NCBI GenBank assembly: GCA_913052165.1
Contig: CAJXEC010000004.1
Location: forward strand, 1-59,261
Direction: 5' to 3'
From: an uncultured Rhodospirillaceae bacterium
Lineage (GTDB): Bacteria; Pseudomonadota; Alphaproteobacteria; MPNO01; UBA2964
DNA: 59,261 nucleotides
Numbering within the stretch: position 1 is the stretch's first letter; each line of letters begins with the position of its first letter. The notes under the pieces are model-generated. The model was not told the DNA's origin. It was given only the letters and a program-made list of their open reading frames with translations, and searched no databases. The position numbers and the translations under genes were made by a program. Of this stretch, positions 21,019 to 30,983 are shown one piece after another.

Positions 21019-23088
21019 ATGATGTCTCTACAATTTGTACCCCTACTATCTTGGTGGGTTATAATTGGTCTGGGCTTCTGCAGTTCTATCTTACTGGCTT
21101 ATTCCTTTTTCAAAAAAGCAAGGGGCTCGAGTTGGCGAGCGGCAGGTATTGGGGTGCTCATTGTTATCCTGATTAACCCTGTTGCCGTTGATGAGGACCG
21201 GGAGGCCCGCAATGATGTCCTCACCATCCTCATCGATGAGTCTACGAGTCAAACCCTCAAAGACCGCAAGGCGCAGGCGGCCGCAGCTTTTAAATATTTG
21301 AAAAATCGTATGCAAGACATGCGTAATCTTGAAACACGAATTGTTCGAGCGGGAGCAGTTAGAACTAGCAAAAGCAAACGTGTTGATGGAACCGAGATCT
21401 TTGATGCTTTGACAAAAGCCACCTCCGATATTCCGTTATCAAGGCGTGCGGGGACCATTTTGATAACAGATGGCCAAGTGCACGACATACCAGAAAACGC
21501 CTCATCATTTGGTTTAAAGGGGCCTTTTCATGTTCTCTTAACAGGCAACCGACAGGAATTTGATCGCCGATTAGTCATAAAACGCGCTCCCAAATTTGGA
21601 ATAGTTGGAAAAGAGATAGAAATAAGCTTACGCATGGAGGACAATACGCCGAGTTCTGGTCCTACTCCTCTTGAAATCTTGAATGGCGACCAAAAAAAAC
21701 AAACCGTAATTGTGCGTCCAAACCAAACAAAGATAATAAAGATTAAACTAACTCGCGGCGGTGGTAATATTATCCAATTAAATCTCAAATCGGACCCCTC
21801 AGAACTTACAAAGATCAATAATCGGGCCGTCTTGTCTGTAAATGGGGTAAGAGAGCGTCTCAGGGTTCTTTTGGTTTCCGGAGAGCCACACCCCGGCGAA
21901 CGTACTTGGCGCAACTTATTAAAAGCAGACCCTTCTGTGGATCTAGTTCATTTTACTATCCTCCGACCGCCAGAAAAACAAGATATGACGCCTTTGCGCG
22001 AGCTATCGCTGATAGCTTTTCCTGTGCGCGAGCTCTTTGAAGAAAAATTAAAAGAATTCGACCTAATCATATTTGATCGGTACAAACGCCGAGGCGTTCT
22101 TCCTTCTGTATATATCGATAATATCAGAAAGTACGTTGAGAATGGCGGAGCCGTTCTCGAGGCATCCGGCCCTGAGTTTGCTGGTATGGAGACTTTATTC
22201 GCCACGCCTCTAGGGAAAATTCTCCCCGGAGAACCCACCGGCCGGGTCTTTTCAGGCCCAATCCGTGCAAAAATTACCGAGACAGGAGAGAGGCATCCAA
22301 TCACTCGAAATTTACCTGGAGCCGGTTTAGGAGAGGAATCACCCCGTTGGGGCAAATGGTTTCGCCACATTGAAGTAAAGCAGCGATCGGGGCATGCGCT
22401 TATGAGTGGGTTCAATGGCAAACCTTTACTAATTGTCAACCGGGTCGGCAAAGGACGGGTTGCACAACTTCTAAGCGATCATATTTGGTTGTGGGCGCGC
22501 GGATATGATGGAGGTGGTCCCCATGCCGAGTTACTGCGACGAATATCGCACTGGTTAATGAAAGAACCAGAGCTCGACGAGAATAAATTGCGCGCCGAAA
22601 CTTTAGGTAATCAGCTCGCTATAACCAGACAATCCCTCCAACCTAATACCAGTAGAGTGAGGGTTCTGACTCCATCCGGGAAATCCTTCTTTGCAAAAAT
22701 GAAAGAAGGCTTGGGAGGAACTGCGAGAGGATTTGTGGACACCCCCGAGACGGGTGTCTATCGGATAGAGGATGGGCAGAATACGACCCTTGCTCCCGTT
22801 GGAAATCTGAATCCGCTGGAATTGTCGGACATGAAAGCAACCGATAAAAAGTTTTCTCCTTTGATCAATAAATTGGGCGGAGGCATTTTCTGGCTTGAGG
22901 ATGGCTATCCCTCTATACGCAGGGTGAAACCAGACCGTCGAGCTGCTGGAAATAATTGGCTAGGGGTATCAGATAATCGCAGCTACGTAGTCCGCGATCT
23001 CAGAGAGACTACGCTTCTTCCGGGCTTGCTCGCTCTTCTACTAGCCGTAGGCGCCCTTCTGGTGGCATGGCAACGCGAGAGCCGCTGA
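21019..23088 (+). CDS. Membrane-anchored vWA + glutamine-amidotransferase-like protein
   Basis: IDESTSQ (MIDAS DxSxS), ITDGQVHD, LRVLLVSGEPHPGERTWRNLLKADPSVDLVHFTILRPP; TM helices at both ends. Confidence 0.8.
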   Translation: MMSLQFVPLLSWWVIIGLGFCSSILLAYSFFKKARGSSWRAAGIGVLIVILINPVAVDEDREARNDVLTILIDESTSQTLKDRKAQAAAAFKYLKNRMQDMRNLETRIVRAGAVRTSKSKRVDGTEIFDALTKATSDIPLSRRAGTILITDGQVHDIPENASSFGLKGPFHVLLTGNRQEFDRRLVIKRAPKFGIVGKEIEISLRMEDNTPSSGPTPLEILNGDQKKQTVIVRPNQTKIIKIKLTRGGGNIIQLNLKSDPSELTKINNRAVLSVNGVRERLRVLLVSGEPHPGERTWRNLLKADPSVDLVHFTILRPPEKQDMTPLRELSLIAFPVRELFEEKLKEFDLIIFDRYKRRGVLPSVYIDNIRKYVENGGAVLEASGPEFAGMETLFATPLGKILPGEPTGRVFSGPIRAKITETGERHPITRNLPGAGLGEESPRWGKWFRHIEVKQRSGHALMSGFNGKPLLIVNRVGKGRVAQLLSDHIWLWARGYDGGGPHAELLRRISHWLMKEPELDENKLRAETLGNQLAITRQSLQPNTSRVRVLTPSGKSFFAKMKEGLGGTARGFVDTPETGVYRIEDGQNTTLAPVGNLNPLELSDMKATDKKFSPLINKLGGGIFWLEDGYPSIRRVKPDRRAAGNNWLGVSDNRSYVVRDLRETTLLPGLLALLLAVGALLVAWQRESR

Positions 23089-23156
23089 GCAAGACAGCGA
23101 ACTGGTACTCCAGATCAACGACTATTAGCTAGGAGCGTCTGGCGGGCCCTATTGGA

Positions 23157-24470
23157 TCACATAAAGCTAGGCAACCAAAGGGCAATCGCTGGAAACGCAA
23201 CCATCAATAAAATCAAAATCGCATCGCAAACAAGAAAGGGGAACGCAGCTTTTGCCACCTGAAAAATAGTCGTTCCTTTCGGTGCCACACCAAGCATCAC
23301 GTATAGCAAAAGCCCGAAAGGCGGTGTCGTTCCTGCCATTTCAAAAGTCATGAGAACAAATAAACCGAACCAGATAAGATCAAAGCCCAGCTGCTCAGCT
23401 AGCGGAAAAAATATTGGTACCGTAATAAGCATCATTGACGTTGCATCCATGAACATGCCCAAAGCAATAAGAATTACAAACATCACGAAAAGAAACCAAT
23501 ATTTTGAAATATCAAAACTCACGGCCCATTTCAACAAACCTGCACTAGCCCCAGAAAATGCCAGCAGTTGGCTGAATACTGTAGAGCTCATAATAATGAA
23601 AAATACCATTGCCCCGACTTTTACCGTGGCCTCGACTGCCTGCTTTACAGCCTGGAAGGTCAAAACTCTGAAAAGGAGTGCAACAATGAAGACCCCGAGG
23701 ACCCCGAATGCTGCAGCCTCCGTCGGGGTCGCCCAACCAAAAATAATGAAACCAATGACCATGAAAACGATTATTCCCATTGGCACGATATTTATAAAAA
23801 TAATTTTCAGCCGTTCAGCCCAGCTTGGCATCTCGACATCGTAGGCGGGAGCGGACTCTGGGTTCATACGGAGCTGCATATAAATCATGATGCAGTAAAG
23901 TCCTGCCAGCAGAAAACCAGGAATAAAACCAGCGATTAAAAGCTTCCCAACATCAATATTAGCAACCGACGCGAGCAATACGCCAAGAGCTGAGGGCGGA
24001 ATTATCATCGCAAGCCCACCGGTTCCAAGAATCGGTCCCATCGACATTTGACCGTTATACCCGCGCTTCTTCATCTCTGGGACCATGAGAGCGCCAAGCA
24101 TGGCCGTATTTGCCATACTAGATCCCGTGAGGGTTGAGAAGACGGATCCACCCGCGACTGTTAAAAAACACAATCGGCCAGGGAGTTTGCCAAATACCAC
24201 ATCCAGACCATCGAAAACCCTTATCGCGAGACCAGTATGGAAAAATAAGGCTCCCATCATGATAAACATGGGAACAGGTCCAAGGGTAAATCTAGTTATC
24301 AATTGGGTGGAATTATCCGCGATTTGGATCCAACCAGTCGGATCCCCGTAAAAAATTAAAACACCTATTATGTTTGTTAAGATAAATGTAAAGGCAACGG
24401 GAACCCCCATCGCCATAAAGAAAACAACCATTCCAATTAAGGTGGCAAGCGCCCAATACCATTCCATCAA
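23157..24470 (-). CDS. dctM: TRAP transporter large permease
   Basis: About 12 TM; GTGGLAMIIPPS, ATPTEAAA, TPPFGL. Confidence 0.92.
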   Translation of the reverse strand: MMEWYWALATLIGMVVFFMAMGVPVAFTFILTNIIGVLIFYGDPTGWIQIADNSTQLITRFTLGPVPMFIMMGALFFHTGLAIRVFDGLDVVFGKLPGRLCFLTVAGGSVFSTLTGSSMANTAMLGALMVPEMKKRGYNGQMSMGPILGTGGLAMIIPPSALGVLLASVANIDVGKLLIAGFIPGFLLAGLYCIMIYMQLRMNPESAPAYDVEMPSWAERLKIIFINIVPMGIIVFMVIGFIIFGWATPTEAAAFGVLGVFIVALLFRVLTFQAVKQAVEATVKVGAMVFFIIMSSTVFSQLLAFSGASAGLLKWAVSFDISKYWFLFVMFVILIALGMFMDATSMMLITVPIFFPLAEQLGFDLIWFGLFVLMTFEMAGTTPPFGLLLYVMLGVAPKGTTIFQVAKAAFPFLVCDAILILLMVAFPAIALWLPSFM

Positions 24471-24979
24471 ACGCTCTCCCGCTCGATTATTGTTTGCGAG
24501 TACATATCATCTATACCAATAAGGTATCGACAAAACTCTACAGCGCACATCGCAAAACATAATGGCATCGGCAATAGAAGTGACCAGAGCGGCGCCTCGA
24601 AGCTCCGCATATCTAGCTCTCCTGTTTCCAGAGCCTCCGCTAATAGAAGACCTGAGTAGTAAGTGTAAATGACACAGCAAAATATCCCCAGCACGTAAAC
24701 AATTTTTGCCGTAATAAATTTCACTCTCGCTGGCAAAAACTGCTGAACAGCATCAACGAACACGTGGCCTTTAATCCTCAAAAGATATGGAGCTGCCAGC
24801 ATCGTGAACCATAGAAGGATGTACTCCACCGCCGTTAGAACCCACAATAACGGGGGAAGGTTGGTAAATCGTGAGAGCACATCGGTGACGATCATCAGGA
24901 AAGCCGCAAAGATTGCCACCCCTGACAGATAAGCCATAGAAAAAAGAAGAGCGTCGTAAGCTCTTTTGATTACCAACAT
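24467..24979 (-). CDS. dctQ: TRAP transporter small permease
   Basis: 4 TM, 170 aa, GHVFVD motif, overlaps the dctM start. Confidence 0.88.
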   Translation of the reverse strand: MLVIKRAYDALLFSMAYLSGVAIFAAFLMIVTDVLSRFTNLPPLLWVLTAVEYILLWFTMLAAPYLLRIKGHVFVDAVQQFLPARVKFITAKIVYVLGIFCCVIYTYYSGLLLAEALETGELDMRSFEAPLWSLLLPMPLCFAMCAVEFCRYLIGIDDMYSQTIIERESV

Positions 24980-25202
24980 TTACCCCCCTAACAGCCTGCT
25001 CTGAGTCAAGACTTTATTTCTACTGCTGGGACGATAATTGACCGTAAATCACTGTTTGTAAACAAAGAGATCTCCCTAGCTTATTAATACGTTTTTTTTA
25101 ACATTGCCAGCGGCCCAATAAGTTGCAAATCTGTTGGTTTGTGTTTGAATGTGGCAGCTGTTAATTAAGTAGCGATTTTAATAGTAAAAAGGGGAGGACC
25201 TT

Positions 25203-26189
25203 ATGAGTATCTTACGAAGCTGTTTAGTTGGAGTAGCAGTTGCAGGACTCACTGCAACCAGCGCTCTGGCAGTCAGTTTAGACACAGTGATCAGTCTAAA
25301 GACAACACATGATCAATCGAAAACTTACATCGATTTATTCCACAAACCATTTAATAAAAATAACAAAGTGGGCATCAATCTTAATTTTAAGGGTGGGCCT
25401 GAGGTAATACCAAATCGAAAACAAGGCGCGGCCTTGAAACGCGGCGTGATCAAGTTTCATTTTGGACCGAGTGGTTACTACTCTGGTGCAGTCCCGTGCG
25501 CTCGAGTCGCTGCATTGTCAAACGTAGGGCAGGCGACCATCAGAAAAAATGGCGCCATGGAAGTCTTCCAAAAATGTTTTGGAAAAGGCCTTAATGCGCG
25601 GATAATCGCCCACCCATTCGACGGCTCCAGTAATTTTCACATCTATCTTACTAATCCACCAAAAATCAGTACAAAAACGGGCTTGGACTTATCAGGGATG
25701 ACGATGAGGTCAACAGCGCTTTATAACCCTTTTATGAAAGCCATGGGCGCACGACCCCAAAACATTTCTCCAGGCGATGTATACACATCACTCGAGCGGG
25801 GAGTCGTTAAAGGGCTTGCCTGGCCAGAGGGTGGCATCATGCGTTATGGTTGGACCAAGTACATCAAATACCGCGTTGGCCCAGGATTCTGGAGATCATC
25901 GTCAATGGTTGTCATTAACCTTGATGCCTACAACGCGATGAATAAAAAGCAAAGAGATGCCATCGACAAAGCTGGCGAGGCCTTTGAACCAGCAAGTCAG
26001 AAATATATGCGGGTTCTCGCTGACAAAGATAACGCTGCGGTAAAAGCGGATGGGGTAAAATTCATCGACTTAACAGGCGATGAAGGAAAAGCTTTAACGG
26101 CTACCGTGTATGGAAAATCTTGGGATTACGCAAAATCAAAAATGGATCCCGAGAATTACGCACAATTGAGGAAATTACTCCTTAAGTAA
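25203..26189 (+). CDS. dctP: TRAP substrate-binding protein
   Basis: Signal peptide, GGPEVIP, GMTMR (conserved Arg), DVYTSLERGVV; GGGGAGG SD. Confidence 0.88.
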   Translation: MSILRSCLVGVAVAGLTATSALAVSLDTVISLKTTHDQSKTYIDLFHKPFNKNNKVGINLNFKGGPEVIPNRKQGAALKRGVIKFHFGPSGYYSGAVPCARVAALSNVGQATIRKNGAMEVFQKCFGKGLNARIIAHPFDGSSNFHIYLTNPPKISTKTGLDLSGMTMRSTALYNPFMKAMGARPQNISPGDVYTSLERGVVKGLAWPEGGIMRYGWTKYIKYRVGPGFWRSSSMVVINLDAYNAMNKKQRDAIDKAGEAFEPASQKYMRVLADKDNAAVKADGVKFIDLTGDEGKALTATVYGKSWDYAKSKMDPENYAQLRKLLLK

Positions 26190-26212
26190 ATCCTTAATAG
26201 CCATTCTTATTG

Positions 26213-26245
26213 AAGGCGCCCATTCTTTGGGCGCCTTTTTTATTT
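26213..26245 (+). terminator. Intrinsic terminator after dctP
   Basis: AAGGCGCCCA-TTCTT-TGGGCGCCTT followed by a T tract. Confidence 0.85.
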
Positions 26246-26254
26246 ACCTAAATT

Positions 26255-26956
26255 TTATACTCCGAGGTAACGTTCTTTGATTTTCGGCTCAGCGTCGAGT
26301 TCTTTGGGTGTACCCGACCATACGCTCACACCTTTTTCAATAATGAAATGCTGATCAGCGATTCTGTTTAACGCCGCCAAATTTTTATCAATAACAAGTA
26401 TGGCCTGCCCCTCTGATTTCAATTCAGCGAGAGATAGCCAAATATCGGCTCGAATTTGGGGCGCAAGCCCTTCTGTCGCCTCATCAAGGATCAAAAGCTT
26501 TGGGTTCGTCATAATAGCGCGACCGATCGCTAACATTTGCTGCTCGCCACCGGACAGTTCATTCCCCATCCCGTTTATACGAGAAGCCAGGGAGGGAAAG
26601 AAGTCCAAAACACGATCAATAGTCCATGGATTGGGTGAACCGGCCAAATTGTGCGCTGTTGCAACAAGGTTTTCTTTTACGGTCAGGTTTGGAAAAATTT
26701 GTCGACCTTCCGGGACAAGTCCGATCCCGGCCCTCGCTATTGTGTGGGATGGGAGACCAGCAATGTCTTGTCCCTCAAGGATAATAGACCCGGCCTGCGG
26801 CGCCACCATTCCGCAGATGGACTTTATTGTAGTGGTCTTGCCCATACCATTTCTGCCCATCAGGGTCACAACTTGCCCCACGCCGATATGAAGCTCTATA
26901 CCATATAAAACTTGACTGGAGCCGTATGAAGTTTCTAGGTGTCTTACCTCAAGCAT
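26255..26956 (-). CDS. ABC transporter ATP-binding protein (LivF-like)
   Basis: GRNGMGKTT, LSGGEQQMLAIGRA, LDEATEGLAP. Confidence 0.92.
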   Translation of the reverse strand: MLEVRHLETSYGSSQVLYGIELHIGVGQVVTLMGRNGMGKTTTIKSICGMVAPQAGSIILEGQDIAGLPSHTIARAGIGLVPEGRQIFPNLTVKENLVATAHNLAGSPNPWTIDRVLDFFPSLASRINGMGNELSGGEQQMLAIGRAIMTNPKLLILDEATEGLAPQIRADIWLSLAELKSEGQAILVIDKNLAALNRIADQHFIIEKGVSVWSGTPKELDAEPKIKERYLGV

Positions 26957-27714
26957 CAGCTCTCAAAATCCTCATCACCTAAATAGGCAGATCTAACTTC
27001 CGGATTTGCTCTTATTTGATCGGGGGTGCCCGTCGCTATTTCGCCGCCATAAACCAAGACTGTAATTTTATCCGCGAGGGAAAACACCGCACCCATGTCA
27101 TGCTCAATAAGTAGAATTGTTACCGTACCCTTGAGCTCGGAGAGAATTGAAACCATTCGATTTGACTCTTCCGGGCCCATTCCCGCCATTGGCTCATCCA
27201 GTAGTAGCATTTTCGGCTTCGTCGCCAGAGCCATCGCAATTTCTAATTGACGCCTCTCTCCGTGTGACATCAAGCTTGCTTTAATAGATTGACGCTTTTC
27301 GAGCCCCACTATTGTAAGAGCTTCAAGAGCTGGGCCCGTCAGGGCTTTGTCTCTTCTGGCGTCGTGCCACAGCTTAAAAGAGTGCCCATCGTGAGCCTGA
27401 ACAGCTAGGGAAACGTTCTCCAAAGCCGTGAACTCACCAAATACGGAGGTGATCTGGAAAGTACGTGCAAGACCCATTTTAGCGCGTATAGGCGCAGAGA
27501 GCTTCGTGATATCGTTTCTATTAAATTGAATCTTTCCACCATCGCTGGTCAGCAAACCAGAAAGTTGATTGATCAATGTAGTCTTCCCTGCGCCATTGGG
27601 ACCAATTACCGCATGGATGGAGCCCCGTTCGACCCCTAGATCCAAGTGATCCGTGGCTAAGACCCCGCCAAAGCTCTTGCAAAGATCGCTAACCTGCAAA
27701 ACGATTTCAGCCAT
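26956..27714 (-). CDS. ABC transporter ATP-binding protein (LivG-like)
   Basis: GPNGAGKTT, ARTFQ, LLDEPMAG, IEHDM, AYLG. Confidence 0.92.
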   Translation of the reverse strand: MAEIVLQVSDLCKSFGGVLATDHLDLGVERGSIHAVIGPNGAGKTTLINQLSGLLTSDGGKIQFNRNDITKLSAPIRAKMGLARTFQITSVFGEFTALENVSLAVQAHDGHSFKLWHDARRDKALTGPALEALTIVGLEKRQSIKASLMSHGERRQLEIAMALATKPKMLLLDEPMAGMGPEESNRMVSILSELKGTVTILLIEHDMGAVFSLADKITVLVYGGEIATGTPDQIRANPEVRSAYLGDEDFES

Positions 27715-28654
27715 CGCGTTGCTCTTTGTCAGCAAAAAAACCTAACAACCCACCTCTAGCGAACAAAACAACAAGGATTAAGAAAGGGCCGAAAATTAGT
27801 TGCCAATATTCAGTGACGCCAGATAACAACTCTTCTAGGAGGATAAAGGCGAGGGCTCCGACAACCGGGCCCGCAAGACTGCCCATGCCGCCGAGTAATA
27901 CCATGATAATGAGATCCCCAGAACGGGTCCAATGCATCATGTCAGGGTTAATAAAATCAGTATGATTGGCTAATAAAGCGCCTGCAAACCCCGCCATCAT
28001 GCCCGCAATAACAAAAGCGGTAAGCTGATAACGAAGTGTGGGAAAACCGATGGTCTTCATACGCGTTTCGTTTGATCTCGTGCCCTGGAGTACCATCCCA
28101 AAGCGCGAGTTAATCAAACGCTTACAAAAGAACAGTGACAAGACAAGAGCTCCTAAGACAATAAAATATAAAGTCACATTATTACTTATATCGACTAACG
28201 CACCAAAGTTACTTCTCTCGATGAGTGGCAGGCCATCATCCCCGCCATAGCGATCTAAACTCACGCCGAGGAAATACATCATCTGCGCCAAAGCCAGTGT
28301 TATCATGATGAAGTAAACGCCTCGCGTCCTAAGACTAATTAGGCCAAAGATGATCGCAAAAACCCCTGATACAAGAATTGCGAGGGGCCATTGAATAAAA
28401 CCACTGACTAACTCGTGCTCTGCACAAATACCGACCGTATAGGCTCCAATTCCAATATAGGCTGCATGACCAAAACTAATCAGTCCGCCGTATCCCATGA
28501 TTAAATTCAAACTGAGGGCGCCGATTGCGAGGATCATCATTCGACGCGCCAAATCGAGGTAAAAAGGTGTTTGGGTCAGCTCGGCAAAAAGCGGTACGAG
28601 AGCCAGTCCCAAAAAAATCGTGCCCACAATTAATATTTGCGCCCTATTACCCAT
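27707..28654 (-). CDS. Branched-chain amino acid-type ABC permease (LivM-like)
   Basis: GYGGLISFGHAAY, RGVYFIMITLA, GGDDG. Confidence 0.9.
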   Translation of the reverse strand: MGNRAQILIVGTIFLGLALVPLFAELTQTPFYLDLARRMMILAIGALSLNLIMGYGGLISFGHAAYIGIGAYTVGICAEHELVSGFIQWPLAILVSGVFAIIFGLISLRTRGVYFIMITLALAQMMYFLGVSLDRYGGDDGLPLIERSNFGALVDISNNVTLYFIVLGALVLSLFFCKRLINSRFGMVLQGTRSNETRMKTIGFPTLRYQLTAFVIAGMMAGFAGALLANHTDFINPDMMHWTRSGDLIIMVLLGGMGSLAGPVVGALAFILLEELLSGVTEYWQLIFGPFLILVVLFARGGLLGFFADKEQRDG

Positions 28655-28657
28655 CGA

Positions 28658-29581
28658 TTAACCTGTTTTAGCTGGGAAAAGTCCCTGAGGCTTAAAAAAC
28701 AAAACGGCGGCCATGAGTATATAAATCAACATGGAGGCGACTGCTGGACCCGCTGTTTCTGCCGCATTCACAGGTAAAAATAATTTAAAGAAAGTGTCTA
28801 GAAACGAACGACCCAAAATATCAATGATACCAATCAGCATGGCACCCACGAAAGCGCCTCGTATGGAGCCTATCCCCCCTATTACGATCACCACAAGAAC
28901 CTGTATTAATATGTTCTCGCCCATGCCAATCGTTACCGCAAGAATTGGGCCAGCCAATGCCCCTGCCAAAGCCGCCAAAGCAGCACCGATCCCAAAAACC
29001 AGAGTAAATACACGGTTGATATCAATGCCAAGCGCTTGCACCATATCTCTGTTCGATGCCCCGGCTCTAATAAGCATCCCTGTACGCGTCCTAGTAACAA
29101 GCAGGTACATCATTAAAGCCACTATCAATCCAACGCCAATAACCACAAGTCGATAGTTTGGCAGGGGAATATCGAAAATAACGATGTTCCCTTTCAAAAA
29201 ATCAGGCAATGGAACTTCTATTCCTTCCGGTCCCCAAACAAGCCGAACGAACTCGTTAAAGAATAAAATCATTCCAAAGGTAGCCAACACCTGATCCAAG
29301 TGTCCGCGCGCATAAAGGGGGCGGAGCAGACCTGCCTCGAGACAAACGCCTAACAAAAGAATAACTGGGAGAGATACAGCCACGCCCAATACGAAAGAGC
29401 CGGTCCAAAGGGTAATCTGCGCCGCAACATAAGCCCCCAACATGTAAAGCGACCCGTGCGCCAAATTCATCATGTCCATTATGCCAAAAACGAGTGTTAA
29501 CCCAGCAGCAAGCAGAAACAACAGGAGCCCTAGCTGAAGTCCATTAAAAAATTGTTCAAATAAAAGGTTGGGGTCGAACAT
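28658..29581 (-). CDS. Branched-chain amino acid-type ABC permease (LivH-like)
   Basis: GLTLVFGIMDMMNLAHG, GMLIRA, VIGGIGS, KPQGLF. Confidence 0.9.
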   Translation of the reverse strand: MFDPNLLFEQFFNGLQLGLLLFLLAAGLTLVFGIMDMMNLAHGSLYMLGAYVAAQITLWTGSFVLGVAVSLPVILLLGVCLEAGLLRPLYARGHLDQVLATFGMILFFNEFVRLVWGPEGIEVPLPDFLKGNIVIFDIPLPNYRLVVIGVGLIVALMMYLLVTRTRTGMLIRAGASNRDMVQALGIDINRVFTLVFGIGAALAALAGALAGPILAVTIGMGENILIQVLVVIVIGGIGSIRGAFVGAMLIGIIDILGRSFLDTFFKLFLPVNAAETAGPAVASMLIYILMAAVLFFKPQGLFPAKTG

Positions 29582-29596
29582 AAGAATCGGGTTCAA

Positions 29597-29623
29597 TAAA
29601 TAAAAGGGGCGCCGAGGCGCCCC
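29597..29623 (-). terminator. Intra-operon stem-loop/terminator after the binding-protein gene
   Basis: Minus strand GGGGCGC-CTCG-GCGCCCC-TTTTATTT. Confidence 0.7.
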
Positions 29624-29645
29624 CAATCAAATTAGCAATTCAACG

Positions 29646-30845
29646 TCACCAAGATTTCTTCATCTTACATTTTTTCGCATAGACATCTTGATGATTCTCA
29701 TAGACTTTTTGAACGATCTTCGTAGTCCAGTTCCCGTTAGAGTCTTTAATCACTTCTCTGAGATAAAAGTCTTGGATTGGAAAATGATTATTTCCATAGG
29801 AGAAATCCCCCCTGACCGACGGATACGACGCTTTTCGCATCTGATCTCGCATTGCATCCATTTTCGAGAGATCTCCGCCAACCGCTTTTACCGCATCAGC
29901 AATCATCATTATTGAGTCATAGCTTTGCGCTCCGTAATGAGACGGGTAGGCATTGAACTTCGTTCTGTAATCCTCCACAAACTTTTTGTTAACTGGAGTA
30001 TCCAAATCTGGTGACCAAAACTGGGTGCTATAGGTTCCAAGAACATTTTGGAGTTTAGCTTGTTGAAGCTTGGGAAGGCTGAGAGAGTCAACACTGAAGA
30101 CCGAGTATAATGGCGTCTTGGTCATACCTGCTTGGGCATATTGACGGAAAAAGGCATTTGTTGCCCGACCTGGATAGAATATGAATACGCCCTCCGGATT
30201 AGCCGCCCTTGCCTTTGCAAGCTCCGCTGAAAAATCAAGTTGAGTTGGCCATTTAGTTAGGTCTTTCCCAAGCACTTTGCCCTTAAATGTGCGCTCTACA
30301 CCGGCGACCATGTCCCGACCCGCAGCATAATTCGGAGCAACAATATAGAGGCTTTTAACCCCCCTCTTATTTAATACCTCACCCAAGGCCATTGGCACCT
30401 GATCATTTTGCCAGGAGGTTGAAAAAATATTTTTGTGACAGAGCCGACCGGCTATTTTTGAAGTTCCCGCGTTGGAAACAATCAAAAATTTACCAGATTT
30501 TACAGCCGAGTTTCTCGACGCCAATAAAACATGTGACCAAATAAATCCGGACAAGAAATCGACTTTATCTTTATTGAGGAGCTTTTCAGTTTTCTGCTTA
30601 CCGACCTCAGGTTTGACTTGATCATCCTCAAACAAAACCTCGACAGGGATCCCGCCCATTTTTTTACCAAGGTGATCAAGCGCGATCTCCACCGATTGGC
30701 GCATATCTTTACCAATTACTCCCGCCCCTCCGGACAGGGTGGTAACAAACCCAATCTTAATTTTCTTCGCTTTCGCAGCGATCGCGTAAGGCGCTGTAAA
30801 ACACAACGCGAGCGCAGAAATACCGTAAACCAAAATCTTCTTCAT
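29646..30845 (-). CDS. ABC substrate-binding protein (Liv/aromatic-acid type)
   Basis: Signal peptide, IKIGFVTTLSG, EDDQVKPE, PNYAAGRD; start MKKIL after AAGGGAG. Confidence 0.88.
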   Translation of the reverse strand: MKKILVYGISALALCFTAPYAIAAKAKKIKIGFVTTLSGGAGVIGKDMRQSVEIALDHLGKKMGGIPVEVLFEDDQVKPEVGKQKTEKLLNKDKVDFLSGFIWSHVLLASRNSAVKSGKFLIVSNAGTSKIAGRLCHKNIFSTSWQNDQVPMALGEVLNKRGVKSLYIVAPNYAAGRDMVAGVERTFKGKVLGKDLTKWPTQLDFSAELAKARAANPEGVFIFYPGRATNAFFRQYAQAGMTKTPLYSVFSVDSLSLPKLQQAKLQNVLGTYSTQFWSPDLDTPVNKKFVEDYRTKFNAYPSHYGAQSYDSIMMIADAVKAVGGDLSKMDAMRDQMRKASYPSVRGDFSYGNNHFPIQDFYLREVIKDSNGNWTTKIVQKVYENHQDVYAKKCKMKKSW

Positions 30846-30983
30846 TTCTCTTTCTCCCTTTCGTCCAGCTAAGGGCACTCAGCTGGTTAAAATTTATCAC
30901 CCAATAATAGCTTAGTAGCCCAATCTGCCAACATTAAAAAAATTCTTCTTCGAATTCACACGCTGAAATTTTAAGTCACTCAG

